A stretch of DNA of 64,000 nt from Tubiluchus corallicola (GCA_030141605.1 JAQGDQ010000749.1:38402-102401), one strand, 5' to 3'. Numbered from the stretch's first letter, positions 15,046 through 52,016 are shown. Numbers and translations: made by a program. The notes: generated by a model not told the origin, from the sequence alone.

Positions 15046-16875
15046 ATGAGTAACGATGTCACCTCTAAAATGAATGCAGTGGCTGGAGAACCTCTAGTGA
15101 TGCTAATCTTGTCCACGATGCTAATTTCCCTGGGGCATCGGGCATCCACTTGTCCACTTAACTGCATGTGCATCATCAGGACCAATCAACTCGTTGTTAA
15201 TTGCACTAATGCCGGATATGTTACGATTCCGGACGACCTACCTCGTAAAACCATCATTCTGGACATGAGTGGCAATGCATTAGGATCACTGAGCGGTTCA
15301 GTGCTCATGGAAAATGTCCCAAATCTTCAAAAGCTCTATTTTAATGACTGTGATATATCCTGTATTGGACCTCACGTATTCGCCGGATTGAGAAATCTGG
15401 AGGCTTTGTATCTACGCAATAATAAACTCAGGGAGGTTCCCTCCTTGGCTCTGAGGACGCTTCCACATTTACGTATCTTGAGTTTGAAGGGCAATTATCT
15501 AACGAACATGGAAGGGTCGCCTTTCCTTCTTCAGAAAGAACTGGAAAAGTTGGATCTAAGTCATTGTCATTTAACGCACGTTGGCCGCAAAACTTTCTTA
15601 GGTTTAACAAGCGTGTCCTATTTAAACTTGGCAGAAAACAACTTTGCTACGCTGTCCTCACAAGTGTTTAGTCCCATGATCTCTCTGCTACAATTAGATC
15701 TCCATGACAACGCTTTGCATTGTAACTGTTCTTTGTACGGAATGATTGAATTCCTGCGCAAAAGACGCATCGGATACGGCAAGGCACCACGTTGTGAGCA
15801 TCCACGATCCATGCTCGGCTTGAGCTGGGACGATATTCCGACAGAGAAATTTGCCTGTCATCCGACGGTACGAACTCGCATTCTCAGATATGATAGAAAA
15901 TTGCTGCTATTAGAATGTGAGGCAACGGCCGATCCTCCAGTTGAAATATACTGGCTACACAATGGTAAACGCGTTAATAACAGTGCTCTAAACTACTCCG
16001 TAATTACCTCAGGGTTTTTAAATCGCTATAGTGTCCTTACAATAGAAATTACTGAGGATTCTGCCATGAACATATTAGGAATGTATGTTTGTATAGCCAG
16101 AAATACTGCCGGTGCTGTGCTTAGTACTTTAACCATTAGTACGGTGCACGAGGAAGAAGAACTAGATTTCGTGTCGGTTAAGGCAGGAACTATTATCGTG
16201 ATTATCATATTAAGTTGCGTTCTTATCGTGTTCCTGTGCCTAATGTTTGTCGTGTTTTGCTTAAACCAGCGCAGAAAGAGACTCGTAAGGGTTGGGAAGC
16301 GACGAATGAGAGCAAAGACACGAGTGAGAGTCGAACTCAGTGATAACCCGGTCGTGCAAACGGAGACGATCGATACAGCTGATCAGGATTCCGGTGTGGG
16401 TACCATCAACTCCGAGGAGCAAATCATTCGGGATAGAAACTCCATTCGATCAAGTTTAGACCAAAGAGGAATACCGGATGTTGTACCGTCCGTTACGCCG
16501 GTGTCCCAAAGAGACAGTGTTGGATCATACTACAAATTTGCAATTCCCTACTATGAACCAATATTTAATGCAAACACGTTTCAACATTATCCACTCAGGT
16601 TAGAGATCAGTAGTAGTGATCGAACCAGCATTGATAGTTATCGACCTCCGTCCCAGCTTTGGGGAGGCGTGCCTAGTTACCTCACTACTCCAAGGGGTGG
16701 AACTTCCCCCTGCTTGCTTTCCAAATCACCTCACCAGTCACAGACCAATCACCTGCCTTTTTCATTCTACAGGCCGGCCGAGGCGTACAATCGCTTTTTG
16801 CCAGGTATGAAGGAGACCGATTTGGACAGGACGTGGTCCCCCTCGCCTGTTCAGTGTCCAGAGACAGATCTATGA
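15046..16875 (+). CDS. kek: Kekkon-like LRR + single Ig-domain type I membrane protein (LIG family), 609 aa, intronless CDS
   Basis: Hydrophobic signal segment, LRRNT CPLNCMC, about 7 LRRs, LRRCT N..HCNCSL...PRC..P..L.G.SW......FAC.P (Kekkon-type), Ig domain (C..W..GMYVCIARNTAG), TM AGTIIVIIILSCVLIVFLCLMFVVFCL, basic stop-transfer, C-terminal ETDL class I PDZ-type motif. The true start could be a downstream Met; orthology to a specific kek gene is not established. Confidence 0.9.
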   Translation: MSNDVTSKMNAVAGEPLVMLILSTMLISLGHRASTCPLNCMCIIRTNQLVVNCTNAGYVTIPDDLPRKTIILDMSGNALGSLSGSVLMENVPNLQKLYFNDCDISCIGPHVFAGLRNLEALYLRNNKLREVPSLALRTLPHLRILSLKGNYLTNMEGSPFLLQKELEKLDLSHCHLTHVGRKTFLGLTSVSYLNLAENNFATLSSQVFSPMISLLQLDLHDNALHCNCSLYGMIEFLRKRRIGYGKAPRCEHPRSMLGLSWDDIPTEKFACHPTVRTRILRYDRKLLLLECEATADPPVEIYWLHNGKRVNNSALNYSVITSGFLNRYSVLTIEITEDSAMNILGMYVCIARNTAGAVLSTLTISTVHEEEELDFVSVKAGTIIVIIILSCVLIVFLCLMFVVFCLNQRRKRLVRVGKRRMRAKTRVRVELSDNPVVQTETIDTADQDSGVGTINSEEQIIRDRNSIRSSLDQRGIPDVVPSVTPVSQRDSVGSYYKFAIPYYEPIFNANTFQHYPLRLEISSSDRTSIDSYRPPSQLWGGVPSYLTTPRGGTSPCLLSKSPHQSQTNHLPFSFYRPAEAYNRFLPGMKETDLDRTWSPSPVQCPETDL

Positions 16876-17361
16876 CTTTGTGTAGCAAGTCACAGACCAA
16901 TCACCTGTCTTTTCCATTCTACAGGCCGGTGGAGGCATACAACCGCTTTCTGCCGGGTATGAAGGAGACCGGTTTGGACAGGACGTGGTCCCCATCGCCT
17001 GTTCAGTGTCCAGAGACAGATCTATGACTTTGTGTAGCAAGTCACAGACCAATCACCTGTCTTTTCCATTCTACAGGCCGGTGGAGGCATACAACCGCTT
17101 TCTGCCGGGTATGAAGGAGACCGGTTTGGACAGGACGTGGTCCCCATCGCCTGTTCAGTGTCCAGAGACAGATCTATGACTTTGTGTAGCAAGTCATAGT
17201 TAAGCTCAGTCAGCTAGGCAAAAAGTATTAATACGTGCTGCCATTACATGTGGTCCCCTCGCCTGTTCAGTGTCCAGAGACAGATCTATGACTTTGTGTA
17301 GCAAGTCATAGTTAACTCAGTCAGCTAGGCAAAAAGTATTAATACGTGCTGCCATTACATG
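16736..17361 (+). repeat. 152-bp x3 tandem duplication plus a ~112-bp duplication spanning the Kekkon-like stop codon
   Basis: agtcacagaccaatcacc starts at 16736, 16888, 17040; gagacagatctaTGA ends at 16875, 17027, 17179, 17291. Confidence 0.95.
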
Positions 17362-17449
17362 AGGATGTGACTTTCAGATGTACATGTATGGAGAAAACTG
17401 TATATTAAAATAACATTGTTTTTTAACATTGTTTTTTAACATTGTCTTA

Positions 17450-18035
17450 AGCAATTGTTCTCCTCTGACTTCTAAATAAAAATCTACAGTGAAAGAAATA
17501 TATGACATGTATTGTCTTCATTTCATGTATCAGTATCATAATTCACTACTTCCACCAGCTTTTCAGTCATACTTTAGTCCAGTTTCAAATCAACATGATC
17601 ATTACACAAGATATTCAGTCGGAAACTATGTACTCCCTCTTCCAAAAACAAATATAATGAAACAGTCAACAAAATATAATGCTATTAAAATATGGTCATC
17701 AATTCCACGTGAAATGAAAACTCTTAATCTTTATCAATTTAAGAAAGCATCAAAGAATTACCTACTACAACGGTATAATTAACTCACAATTTTACTCATC
17801 CTGATCTTAAGTTACTAACAAAACTTATTTTGTTCTAATGTACGTCATAACTGATGAAAATGTAATGTTAATTGTCAATTGTTTCACTTATCTGGAGGAG
17901 GACTCGAAAGCTCAATGCTCCTTCCCCCTCCTCACAGTAACTCTCAGTTTATTTTTTTCAATGTAATATCAATTTGTATGTATGTTTGAGTTGCTGTGGA
18001 ATAAATTCATAATTCATTAATAATAATTCATTCTA
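17450..18035 (+). mobile_element. 3' end of an L2/CR1-group (Crack/Daphne-like) LINE
   Basis: ORF 17489-17782 FMYQYHNSLLP..F..YF....H.HYTR....LP.P.TN......Y...KIW..IP......FKK..K.YLL, then a 3' UTR with AATAAA and an (attc)-type tail. Confidence 0.8.
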
Positions 18036-18113
18036 CATTGATGCCTGGAAGCGAACAACTAGGATTTATCAGTTATTTCAAACTAAGCTGTAATAATATG
18101 ATGGAATTAAATT

Positions 18114-18455
18114 CTTTATTACAATCTCTAGTTTCCTGCTATGATATCTGCTGTACATTATATGTAAACTATATTTACATATGTACATACTTTACTTATT
18201 TACACATGTAAATTATATTTCTGATCTAGTAACAGCAAGTTTTAATGATCCTTTGTTTATTTATTTTTAGATAATTGAGTAAAAGCAAGTCTTTATTACA
18301 ATTTCCAGTTTCCTGCTATGATATCTGCTGTACATTATTTGTAAAGTATATTTACATATGTACATACTTTACTTATTTACACATGTAAATTATATTTCTG
18401 ATCTAGTAACAGCAAATTTTAATGATCCGTTTGTTTATTTATTTTTAGATAATTG
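18114..18455. repeat. 177-bp tandem duplication
   Basis: ctttattacaat...ttagataattg at 18114 and 18291. Confidence 0.88.
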
Positions 18456-18894
18456 GTATAACCCTGCCTAGTACTGTAAATACACGGTTTTTATTGTATG
18501 TAAAAAAGTTAGCCTCATTTTTTAGTAATATAGCAAAATATAGATTAATACTGAATACCAACAGAAATTCAAAGCTCACATGACAGAGAGGAGAAGAGAG
18601 ATTTGGAAAGACATTAACTTCCATAATGAGTCACTAAATTGCATTTAGCCTTAATTGTCTGTCTGACTGTCTATTATGTCTGTACATAAAAGATACATGA
18701 TTTATGTCTAGCCTAGTTAACAATTGCCTATCTGTAGTTTCAAGACTGTGGTGACAGTACTTAAGTTGAATCTTTGAGTTATTAGTTGTTAGAACTTCTT
18801 CCTGGCTGTTAAATTTAGTAAAATTCTGACCTACAACAATTAGTCACGTTTTTAACAAGATTACGCTAAAATACCTAAAGCACAAGAAAACCTT

Positions 18895-19343
18895 CCACTT
18901 ACATAAAGCTTGAAGAATTCGTCTTGAAATTTTATACCACTTACATACTGCCTTTTTGCATGGTAGACTTGCGTTGGCAGTAACGCTGTGTAAAACGTGT
19001 AAATTTAAACTCCCGCGATGACCGTTAGATGCAGCCATTTTGACGATAAGTCATTTGAAACAAGTTTAGATAACATTCTGTAAAGTTTGAAAACATAATC
19101 AGTGCATTCGTAGCGCACATGTTACCAACTAAATAAAATTTAAAATTACTGTATCTTGTCAATAAGATTAAAAATACGTTTTTTGGTTAATGTGTGGTGC
19201 ACCCTGGAGGGTGAGTCAGCGACATTTTATCAATTGGCACAAACATTTTAAATAATTAATAATTTTCTTTTCTAGTTACATAAGTCTTTCAAGCAGGTAA
19301 GCGAAATGCTAGCAAACTTGGAAAGTTTTTTGAGACATAATTT
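18895..19343 (-). repeat. Inverted copy of the 7909-8370 repeat
   Basis: Reverse-complement similarity over ~450 bp. Confidence 0.8.
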
Positions 19344-19679
19344 AACATTTCCTTTTCTTCCCCTGATTTACGTTTGCGTTGTGACGTCATGTAATGGCGC
19401 TGCCGGAACAGTGTCGCGGGAGATTTAAAATGAAAACAAACAAAAAATTCTTTCAACGCGAGTACGATATACGCATAAAATTGCTATAAAGTAATATAAT
19501 TTTTAAGGCGATTTTTTTGAAACCACCTCAGGTTCCCCTTTTCTTGTCCCCAAAACACCATTTCTGGCAAGAATCACCGTGAGATGAATCTGGTGGCAAT
19601 ACAATCAGGTTAAAAGTAATCAGACAAAAGGTCATCAGCTCCAGACATTAAAAAAACTAAGCACAAAATGCTGTATTAC

Positions 19680-42813
<23,134 letters not shown>

Positions 42814-43168
42814 CGTGGCTTCTGTCTTATGTTTGCTGACTGTCTGCAGGAGAAGATGGTGACATTGATGCTGCGTCTACACCACAGCGTCTTCCACGCA
42901 TCCTTCGGATGAGGATGCTTCGATCACTTGGGAAAAAAGCAAAGTAATTCGGTCTTTTATTTTGCAGTAATGGCATACTACAATATTCACAAAGGACGCA
43001 TTACAAGGAAGAAAATGCATTACAACAAACCACATGAACTAATACAATTTTACTTGACTGTAGTTGTATTCTGATTTGAATACCAGCAAGCAGTTTAAAA
43101 GTACCTAACCTTGATTTAAACAAAAATTTACGGATAGTTTTTCTTGTCATTCACGAGTATAATTTTAA

Positions 43169-43713
43169 AGGAAAACTCAACAATTATTTAGACTCAATCT
43201 CATTTTAATTTACTGTCCTAAATATACATTTTCTTGTTTACAAAAGTTAACAATTGTTTCTTATATTCGAACAATTAGCTTAGAAAGTTAATTAACGCCA
43301 ACCGAACACAGCTATTGCTTACGTCAGAAACTAACAACAGTTTGTGCAAAAGCAGGCGTCTTCCATAGCGCATCAAGCACATTTGCATAGGTGTTACAGT
43401 ACTGCTTAAACGTATGATGTCACGAAAAATGGGCTTTACATCATATGACGTCAGAAACTAACGTTGCAGTTCGTAATCACGGCTATCACGGTACCGCCTT
43501 CTATTTGTCGGCCATGCAAATGTGACAAAAAGGCGCCGTTGCCAATCTTAGTAAATTCACTGAGCCTCGCGCAGCTTTAAAAGTTTAACGAAATTTCAGT
43601 ATCCGAAGTAATTATTATTTAATCTAAGCTTTGATTTAAAGAAAGCTATTGTAGTTTTCAATATTTAGAACATTCTTTATTCTGAACTAATGTTGACACA
43701 ATCATCCGGTTTT
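43169..43713. mobile_element. TTAA-flanked Kolobok-like element (copy 2)
   Basis: Colinear with 12246-12793 over ~550 bp; TTAA flanks. Confidence 0.72.
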
Positions 43714-43814
43714 TTAACAAAGAAGTCAGTACAAACTAAGAAGTTTTGTTGTAAGAGTCCAAAATGGTTAACTGACTCATCTAGCTGTGACACAATTAGT
43801 GAACTCTCTCCTTA

Positions 43815-45263
43815 TAAGAAGCCAGTGACACAAGTACTCTCCTTCTAAGAAGCCAGTGACACAAGTACTCTCCTTCTAAGAAGCCAGTAAAACAAGCACT
43901 CTCCTTCTAAGAAGCCAATAAAACAAGTACTCTCCTTTTAAGAAGCCAGTAAAACAAGTACTCTCCTTCTAAGAAGCCAGTGAAACAAGTGCTCTCTTTC
44001 TAAGAAGCCAGTAAAACAAGTACTCTCCTTCTAAGAAGCCAGTAAAACGAGTACTCTCCTTCTAAGAAGCCAGTAAAACAAGTACTCTCCTTCTAAGAAG
44101 CCATTAAAACAAGTACTCTCCTTCTAAGAAGCCATTAAAACAAGTACTCTCCTTCTAAGAAGCCAATAAAACAAGTACTCTCCTTTTAAGAAGCCAGTAA
44201 AACAATTGCTCTCCTTCTAAGAAGCCAGTAAAACAAGTGCTCTCCTTCTAAGAAGCCAGTAAAACAAGTACTCTCCTTCTAAGAAGCCAGTAAGGCAAGT
44301 GCTCTCCTTCTAAGAAACCATTAAAACAATAACTCTCCTTCTAAGAAGCCAGTAAAACAAGTGCTCTCTTTCTAAGAAGCCATTAAAACAAGTACTCTCC
44401 TTCTAAGAAGCCAGTAAAACAAGTACTCTCCTTCTAAGAAGCCAGTAAAACAAGTGCTCTCTTTCTAAGAAGCCAGTAAAACAAGTACTCTCCTTCTAAG
44501 AAGCCAGTAAAACAAGTGCTCTCCTTCTAAGAAGCCAGTAAAACAAGTACTCTCCTTCTAAGAAGCCAGTAAAACAAGTACTCTCCTTCTAAGAAGCCAG
44601 TAAAACAAGTACTCTCCTTCTAAGAAGCCAGTAAAACAAGTACTCTCCTTCTAAGAAGCCAGTAAAACAAGTACTCTCCTTCTAAGAAGTCAGTAAAACA
44701 AGTGCTCTCCTTCTAAGAAGCCAGTAAAACAAGTACTCTCCTTCTAAGAAGCCAGTAAGGCAAGTGCTCTCCTTCTAAGAAGCCATTAAAACAATAACTC
44801 TCCTTCTAAGAAGCCAGTAAAACAAGTGCTCTCTTTCTAAGAAGCCATTAAAACAAGTACTCTCCTTCTAAGAAGCCAGTAAAACAAGTACTCTCCTTCT
44901 AAGAAGCCAGTGAAACAAGTACTCTCCTTCTAAGAAGCCAGTGAAACAAGTACTCTCCTTCTAAGAAGCCAGTGAAACAAGTACTCTCCTTCTAAGAAGT
45001 CAGTAAAACAAGTGCTCTCTTTCTAAGAAGCCAGTAAAACAAGTACTCTCCTTCTAAGAAGCCAGTAAAACAAGTACTCTCCTTCTAAGAAGCCAGTGAA
45101 ACAAGTACTCTCCTTCTAAGAAGCCAGTGAAACAAGTACTCTCCTTCTAAGAAGCCAGTAAAACAAGTACTCTCCTTCTAAGAAGCCAGTAAAACAAGTA
45201 CTCTCCTTCTAAGAAGCCAGTAAAACAAGTGCTCTCCTTCTAAGAAGCCAGTAAAACAAGTAC
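43815..45263. repeat. 31-bp minisatellite (~46 copies)
   Basis: Unit taagaagccagtaaaacaagtactctccttc. Confidence 0.96.
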
Positions 45264-45494
45264 TTTTATTACCACAATTTGTTAGCAAGTGAGCAAAGGT
45301 GAGCAAAGATAGTTAACACGTTCTATATACACACATGTGAGAATTGTTTTAAAATTTAGGGAGTAGTTATGATTTTTTCACTTCCTTAATATTTTTTAAT
45401 AATTTCGTTAAGGACATAGTTCAAGGATAACACCTTAAGAAACTCAATACTTATTTCCAAGATGGTCCCGATTATTATCACAAAAAGACGCTTC

Positions 45495-45610
45495 GTCGTA
45501 GGACCACCGGTACCACTTTTTAAGTGTTTTTGTATGACTCAGTCGAGAGTTGAACCCACGACCTCTCGGGTGGTAAGCGAGCACGCTAGCATTGAGCTAT
45601 GCCACGCGGT
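45495..45610 (-). mobile_element. tRNA-derived SINE head
   Basis: Minus strand accgcgtggcaTAGCTCAATGctagcgtg...gGGTTCAACTCtc (Pol III A- and B-box-like), continuing into a non-tRNA body gtcatacaaaaacacttaaaaagtggtacc. Confidence 0.6.
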
Positions 45611-46469
45611 AACGCCTTTCATTATAATGATTTTCATTATAAAAAAACGTGATCCTAGAATCTGTGATTCTTTTTAAGCATTAGTGTTTACAGTTTAGCG
45701 CTGTATTTCATGGCGCACAGTGACTTTGTTTGTTTTCAGATAATCGTATCTTGTCAGAAGCTTTACAATAGATCCCCAAGCAAAACCAGTTCATAAAATG
45801 CGAAGAAAAAAGAACAGGTATCGTAACCATTCAGTTATACACCCGCTCTCAAAGGTACGCGTTTAGTGTCCGACGTTAAGCAACACTGAACCTGATCAGT
45901 AAACGAATAGGTGACTGTTGCTGCGAAGCATCACTAACCCTCCCTGCTATTCCTGCCCAGGGTGATGTACATGCATTCAAGTGGTTTATCCTATAGGATA
46001 ATTCTGATATTTCATAGCCAGATGCGTCATAATTACGTGTAATCAATAATCCCTGCTGTTTTACTAAACCTTTGCAAGCAGAGTACCAACTTGTCAAAAA
46101 TCCATTGCATATGTCACGCCGAATGCACTAAAACGTTTAAATCACCATTCTCATTTAACTTTTATTATTGAAAAACTAATTGAACATTATTGTCAATTTT
46201 ATAAATTTAAATTTTCTTTATTTCGTAAAAATACTTTGTACGACAATACCACTGTAAATTATTGGTCAACAGGCAGCTAGGTAGCTACGCTGTTTGGTGT
46301 AATTATTCTGTGTGGAAAAATACGGTCGGACAGACTAATGTTAAAGTGCATTTTTTTAATTAATCCGGTATTTAATTAGTCGCAGTTCAGGTGTTGGATA
46401 CATGAAATAAATGATTATGCAATGTGGCAGTCGGCTGTGTAGGAACAGTTAATGGATGACGTTTACCCG

Positions 46470-48805
46470 GAAGGTAATGATACGCAGTGACACCTGGCGC
46501 TGGATGTGGACAGCAAATGGAATACAATTCACCTGTACCAGGTGTTGCAGGAAATCATAGCAAAGTGTCGAGGAAAGTAATGATACGCAGTGACACCTGG
46601 CAGCAAATGGAATACAATTCACCTGTACCAGGTATTGCAGGAAATCATAGCAAAGTGTCGAGGAAAGTAATGATACGCAGTGACACCTGGCGCTGGATGT
46701 GGACAGCAAATGGAATACAATTCACCTGTACCAGGTATTGCAGGAAATCATAGCAAAGTGTCGAGGAAAGTAATGATACGCAGTGACACCTGGTGCTGGA
46801 TGTGGACAGCAAATGGAATACAATTCACCTGTACCAGGTGTTGCAGGAAATCATAGCAAAGTGTCGAGGAAAGTAATGATACGCAGTGACACCTGGCGCT
46901 GGATGTGGACAGCAAATGGAATACAATTCACCTGTACCAGGTGTTGCAGGAAATCATAGCAAAGTGTCGAGGAAAGTAATGATACGCAGTGACACCTGGT
47001 GCTGGATGTGGACAGCAAATGGAATACAATTCACCTGTACCAGGTGTTGCAGGAAATCATAGCAAAGTGTCGAGGAAAGTAATGATACGCAGTGACACCT
47101 GGTGCTGATGTGGACAGCAAATGGAATACAACACCTGTACAGGTATTGCAGGAAATCATAGCAAAGTGTCGAGGAAAGTAATGATACGCAGTGACACCTG
47201 GTGCTGGATGTGGACAGCAAATGGAATACAATTCACCTGTACCAGGTGTTGCAGGAAATCATAGCAAAGTGTCGAGGAAAGTAATGATACGCAGTGACAC
47301 CTGGTGCTGGATGTGGACAGCAAATGGAATACAATTCACCTGTACCAGGTATTGCAGGAAATCATAGCAAAGTGTCGAGGAAAGTAATGATACGCAGTGA
47401 CACCTGACGCTGGATGTGGACAGCAAATGGAATACAATTCACCTGTACCAGGTGTTGCAGGAAATCATAGCAAAGTGTCGAGGAAAGTAATGATACGCAG
47501 TGACACCTGGTGCTGGATGTGGACAGCAAATGGAATACAATTCACCTGTACCAGGTGTTGCAGGAAATCATAGCAAAGTGTCGAGGAAAGTAATGATACG
47601 CAGTGACACCTGGTGCTGGATGTGGACAGCAAATGGAATACAATTCACCTGTACCAGGTGTTGCAGGAAATCATAGCAAAGTGTCGAGGAAAGTAATGAT
47701 ACGCAGTGACACCTGGCAGCAAATGGAATACAATTCACCTGTACCAGGTATTGCAGGAAATCATAGCAAAGTGTCGAGGAAAGTAATGATACGCAGTGAC
47801 ACCTGACGCTTGATGTGGACAGCAAATGGAATACAATTCACCTGTACCAGGTGTTGCAGGAAATCATAGCAAAGTGTCGAGGAAAGTAATGATACGCAGT
47901 GACACCTGGCGCTGGATGTGGACAGCAAATGGAATACAATTCACCTGTACCAGGTGTTGCAGGAAATCATAGCAAAGTGTCGAGGAAAGTAATGATACGC
48001 AGTGACACCTGGTGCTGGATGTGGACAGCAAATGGAATACAATTCACCTGTACCAGGTGTTGCAGGAAATCATAGCAAAGTGTCGAGGAAAGTAATGATA
48101 CGCAGTGACACCTGGCGCTGGATGTGGACAGCAAATGGAATACAATTCACCTGTACCAGGTGTTGCAGGAAATCATAGCAAAGTGTCGAGGAAAGTAATG
48201 ATACGCAGTGACACCTGGTGCTGGATGTGGACAGCAAATGGAATACAATTCACCTGTACCAGGTGTTGCAGGAAATCATAGCAAAGTGTCGAGGAAAGTA
48301 ATGATACGCAGTGACACCTGGTGCTGGATGTGGACAGCAAATGGAATACAATTCACCTGTACCAGGTGTTGCAGGAAATCATAGCAAAGTGTCGAGGAAA
48401 GTAATGATACGCAGTGACACCTGGCGCTGGATGTGGACAGCAAATGGAATACAATTCACCTGTACCAGGTGTTGCAGGAAATCATAGCAAAGTGTCGAGG
48501 AAAGTAATGATACGCAGTGACACCTGGCGCTGGATGTGGACAGCAAATGGAATACAATTCACCTGTACCAGGTGTTGCAGGAAATCATAGCAAAGTGCCA
48601 AGGAAAGTAATGATACGCAGTGACACCTGGCGCTGGATGTGGACGACAAATGGAATACAATTCACCTGTACCAGGTGTTGCAGGAAATCATAGCAAAGTG
48701 TCGAGGAAAGTAATGATACGCAGTGACACCTGGTGCTGGATGTGGACAGCAAATGGAATACAATTCACCTGTACCAGGTGTTGCAGGAAATCATAGCAAA
48801 GTGCC
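46470..48805. repeat. 103-bp tandem repeat (~23 copies)
   Basis: Unit gaggaaagtaatgatacgcagtgacacctgg...gcaggaaatcatagcaaagtgtc; two units share the same ~14-bp deletion. Confidence 0.96.
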
Positions 48806-48949
48806 GAGTTCAATGGCAAGTCGGTTGATGAAGAAACTTCTAGGTTAGGATCTCAATCCTCTGATTGAAAAGTAAAAAATTGTCACTGTAAAATGAAAAA
48901 GCTCTTGTGCTTAAATAATGTATTGCCGTGCGTTCTCCATGTACAAATA

Positions 48950-50623
48950 AATTCTATTCAATTCTATTCTCTTCTCTTCTGTTCTCTTCTGTTCTCTTCT
49001 GTTCTGTCCTGTCCTGTCGTGTCGTGTCGTGTTGTGTTGCGTTGTGTTCTGTTCTGTTCCATTCCGCTCCGTTCCGATCCATTCCATTCCATTCTATTGT
49101 TCTGTTCCACTTTTTCCTTCCTATTCTATTCTGGTCCATTTCATTCTATTCTATTCTATTCTATCCTATTCTATTCTATTCTATTAAATTCTACTCTATT
49201 CTATTCCATTCCATTCCATTCTATTACATTGTATTTTATTCTATTCCATTCTGTTCCATTCTATTCTGTTCCATTCCATTCCACTCTATTCTATTCTATT
49301 CTATTCTATTCTATTTTATTCTATTCTATTCTATTTTAATCTATTCTATTCTATTCTATTCTATTCTATTCCATTCTATTCTATTCTATTTTAATCTGTT
49401 CCATTCCGTTCCATTCTATTCTATTCTGAACAATTTAATATAACATTTAATCAGGATATTGCATGCTGATGCTAAAGATTAAAGAGGATATCATACTGCG
49501 TTTATCTAATACACGTGGGTTTTTTAATCTAAGTTGCAGAACATGTTATGATCAAAGGTTTCATGTTATTGAAGTTGAAAGCTTCTGTTTGCGGGATTCA
49601 ATTATTTGATCCATTATTGAGCGTTTTAAAGCTGCTTGCTTTTAAGACTCGTATAAAATTGCATCAAATATTGAAAACCGTCTCCCGCTGATACCCTGCG
49701 GTTTCGATCAGATTTCAGTTAATCCCATGATGGCTAACTGATTCTAGATGCCTTCAAAAGCAATAAGAACGCTTTTCAAAGTAACGTTTATTTGCGTAGT
49801 ACATGACCCCCCCTCCCCCCCCCATCGAAAATCTGTACACGTCATTGCGGTATAACCATGCCTTAATCTTCCAGTCATGACAACTGTAGCAAATGAAAAT
49901 TAATAACAACTGTTTTATAAGCAGGCTTTACTTTTCATGTTTATTAGTTTCAATATCAATAAACAACATGAGTTGTTTATTAGTTTCAATATCAATAAAC
50001 AACATCAGCTGTTTATTAGTTTCAATACAGGCTTGGATTTTATTAATCTACATCCTGTGAGTACTAATGTGCGCATGTAAATGTTTTTGTTACATGGTGT
50101 CTGAATTTCGTTTGTGTATTATACGTGTAATAGTTTGTGTGTCTACACATGTTTTGTTTATAACTAAAACTATTACTTGCTTAAAAGCTCTGAACATTAC
50201 TGAATGTCAATCCATTTAGAATAAATAATGTTTATATACTTGCTTACATATTTACTTCATTTATTTACTTGCAGAAGTACTCTCATACATACATATATAT
50301 ACACACACGCACACGCACACACACACACACACACACACGCCTGCATACATGCATACATACATACACACATCATACATATATACATACACACATACATACA
50401 TAAACACATCATACATACATACATACACACATGCATACATCATACATACATACATACATAAATACACACATACATACCCACATCATACATACATACATAC
50501 ATACACGCACGCATGCGCGCACACACACGCACGCACGCATGCACACACACACACACACACGCACGCACACACACACACACATATATACACGCCTGCATTC
50601 ACGCATACATACATGCATACATA

Positions 50624-50662
<39 letters not shown>

Positions 50663-51278
50663 ACCTACCTACCTACTTACCTACCTACCTATCTACCTTC
50701 CTACCGACCTACCTACCTACCTATCTACCCAACCAGCCAACCAACCAACCTACCTACCTATCTATCTACCCACCTACCTACCTATCTACCCACCTACCTA
50801 CCTATCTACCCACCTACCTACCTATCTACCCACCTACCTACCTATCTACCCACCTACCTACCTGTGATGGTGATAACTTTATTTCTTCTCTTTCTTACTC
50901 AAACACTGCCGCTGAAGTGTTAAATTACATAAGAGTTAATGATGTACTGAAGAAGCTGCAGTTATATCTCATGTATTATTTGCATCCTCATCCCAGATGA
51001 TTGCGTACAGAATGGAGATAAAATGATTTAGCTTCACATTTGGATGTTGGTGTAATAAACTGACCACAGAGACTCGTGCGCCCGTTGAATCATTATTGCA
51101 TTTGTGCAGGCAGACTGTGGACGGAGCTTTACTAGCATCGAATTTTATGGTTCAAATTAGACGAAAACGATAAAATTTGGCAATCCACGAGGGTAAAGCA
51201 ACCAACCACACATGTATTCGTCTCACACATTCCTAATGCACGTATACAGGGCCGGCCTTAGGTAATTGGAGGCCCTAG

Positions 51279-51356
<78 letters not shown>

Positions 51357-51912
51357 AGAGAGAGAGAGAGAGAGAGAGAAGAGAGAGGTAGAGAGAGAGA
51401 GAGAGAGGAGGCAGTATATTCGCATAAAGCAAAAAAATGTTACCTCAGCGTGAGGCCCCCCTGGAGGGTGAGGCGGTTACCTAGTTTGCCTATGCTTAAG
51501 GCCGGCCCTGACGTATAGTAAATTCTTCTTTCAGTCTTTGAGATCAATACTAATGCATCAAAGTATCGAAAATTAAAGTATAACAAATTAATATTAACAA
51601 CACAAAAATGAATAAATTTTGCTGTCACCAAAGTAGGTGTCACCACGTGACAGTTAATTTTAGATTTTAAAATTACATGAATGCAAATGTGACACGTTTA
51701 ATGACATTAGCAATTTTGGAATTGATAATAATAATAATAATAATAATAATAGTAACAACAACAACAACAACAGCAACAGCAACAGCAACAACAACAACAA
51801 CAACAGCAACAGCAGCAACAGCAACAACAGCAACAGCAACAACAACAACAGCAACAACAACAACAGCAACAACAACAGCAGCAACAGCAGCAACAGCAAC
51901 AACAGCAACAGC

Positions 51913-51949
<37 letters not shown>

Positions 51950-52016
51950 GCAACAACAACAACAACAACAACAACAGCAACAACAACAACAGCAACAACA
52001 GCAACAACAACAACAT

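Noticed and set aside
16833-17179. Two 64-aa ORFs ending in CPETDL as separate genes
   Set aside because: They are by-products of the 152-bp duplication of the kek-like 3' end and start at non-ATG codons.
45530-45610. Functional tRNA gene
   Set aside because: A/B boxes are present but I could not form a proper cloverleaf, and it runs into a SINE-like body.
48610-48830. Plus-frame HLALDVDSKWNTIHLYQVL in the 103-bp unit as a hAT transposase DV.TRWNS motif
   Set aside because: Too short and degenerate, bounded by stops, with no other transposase motifs.
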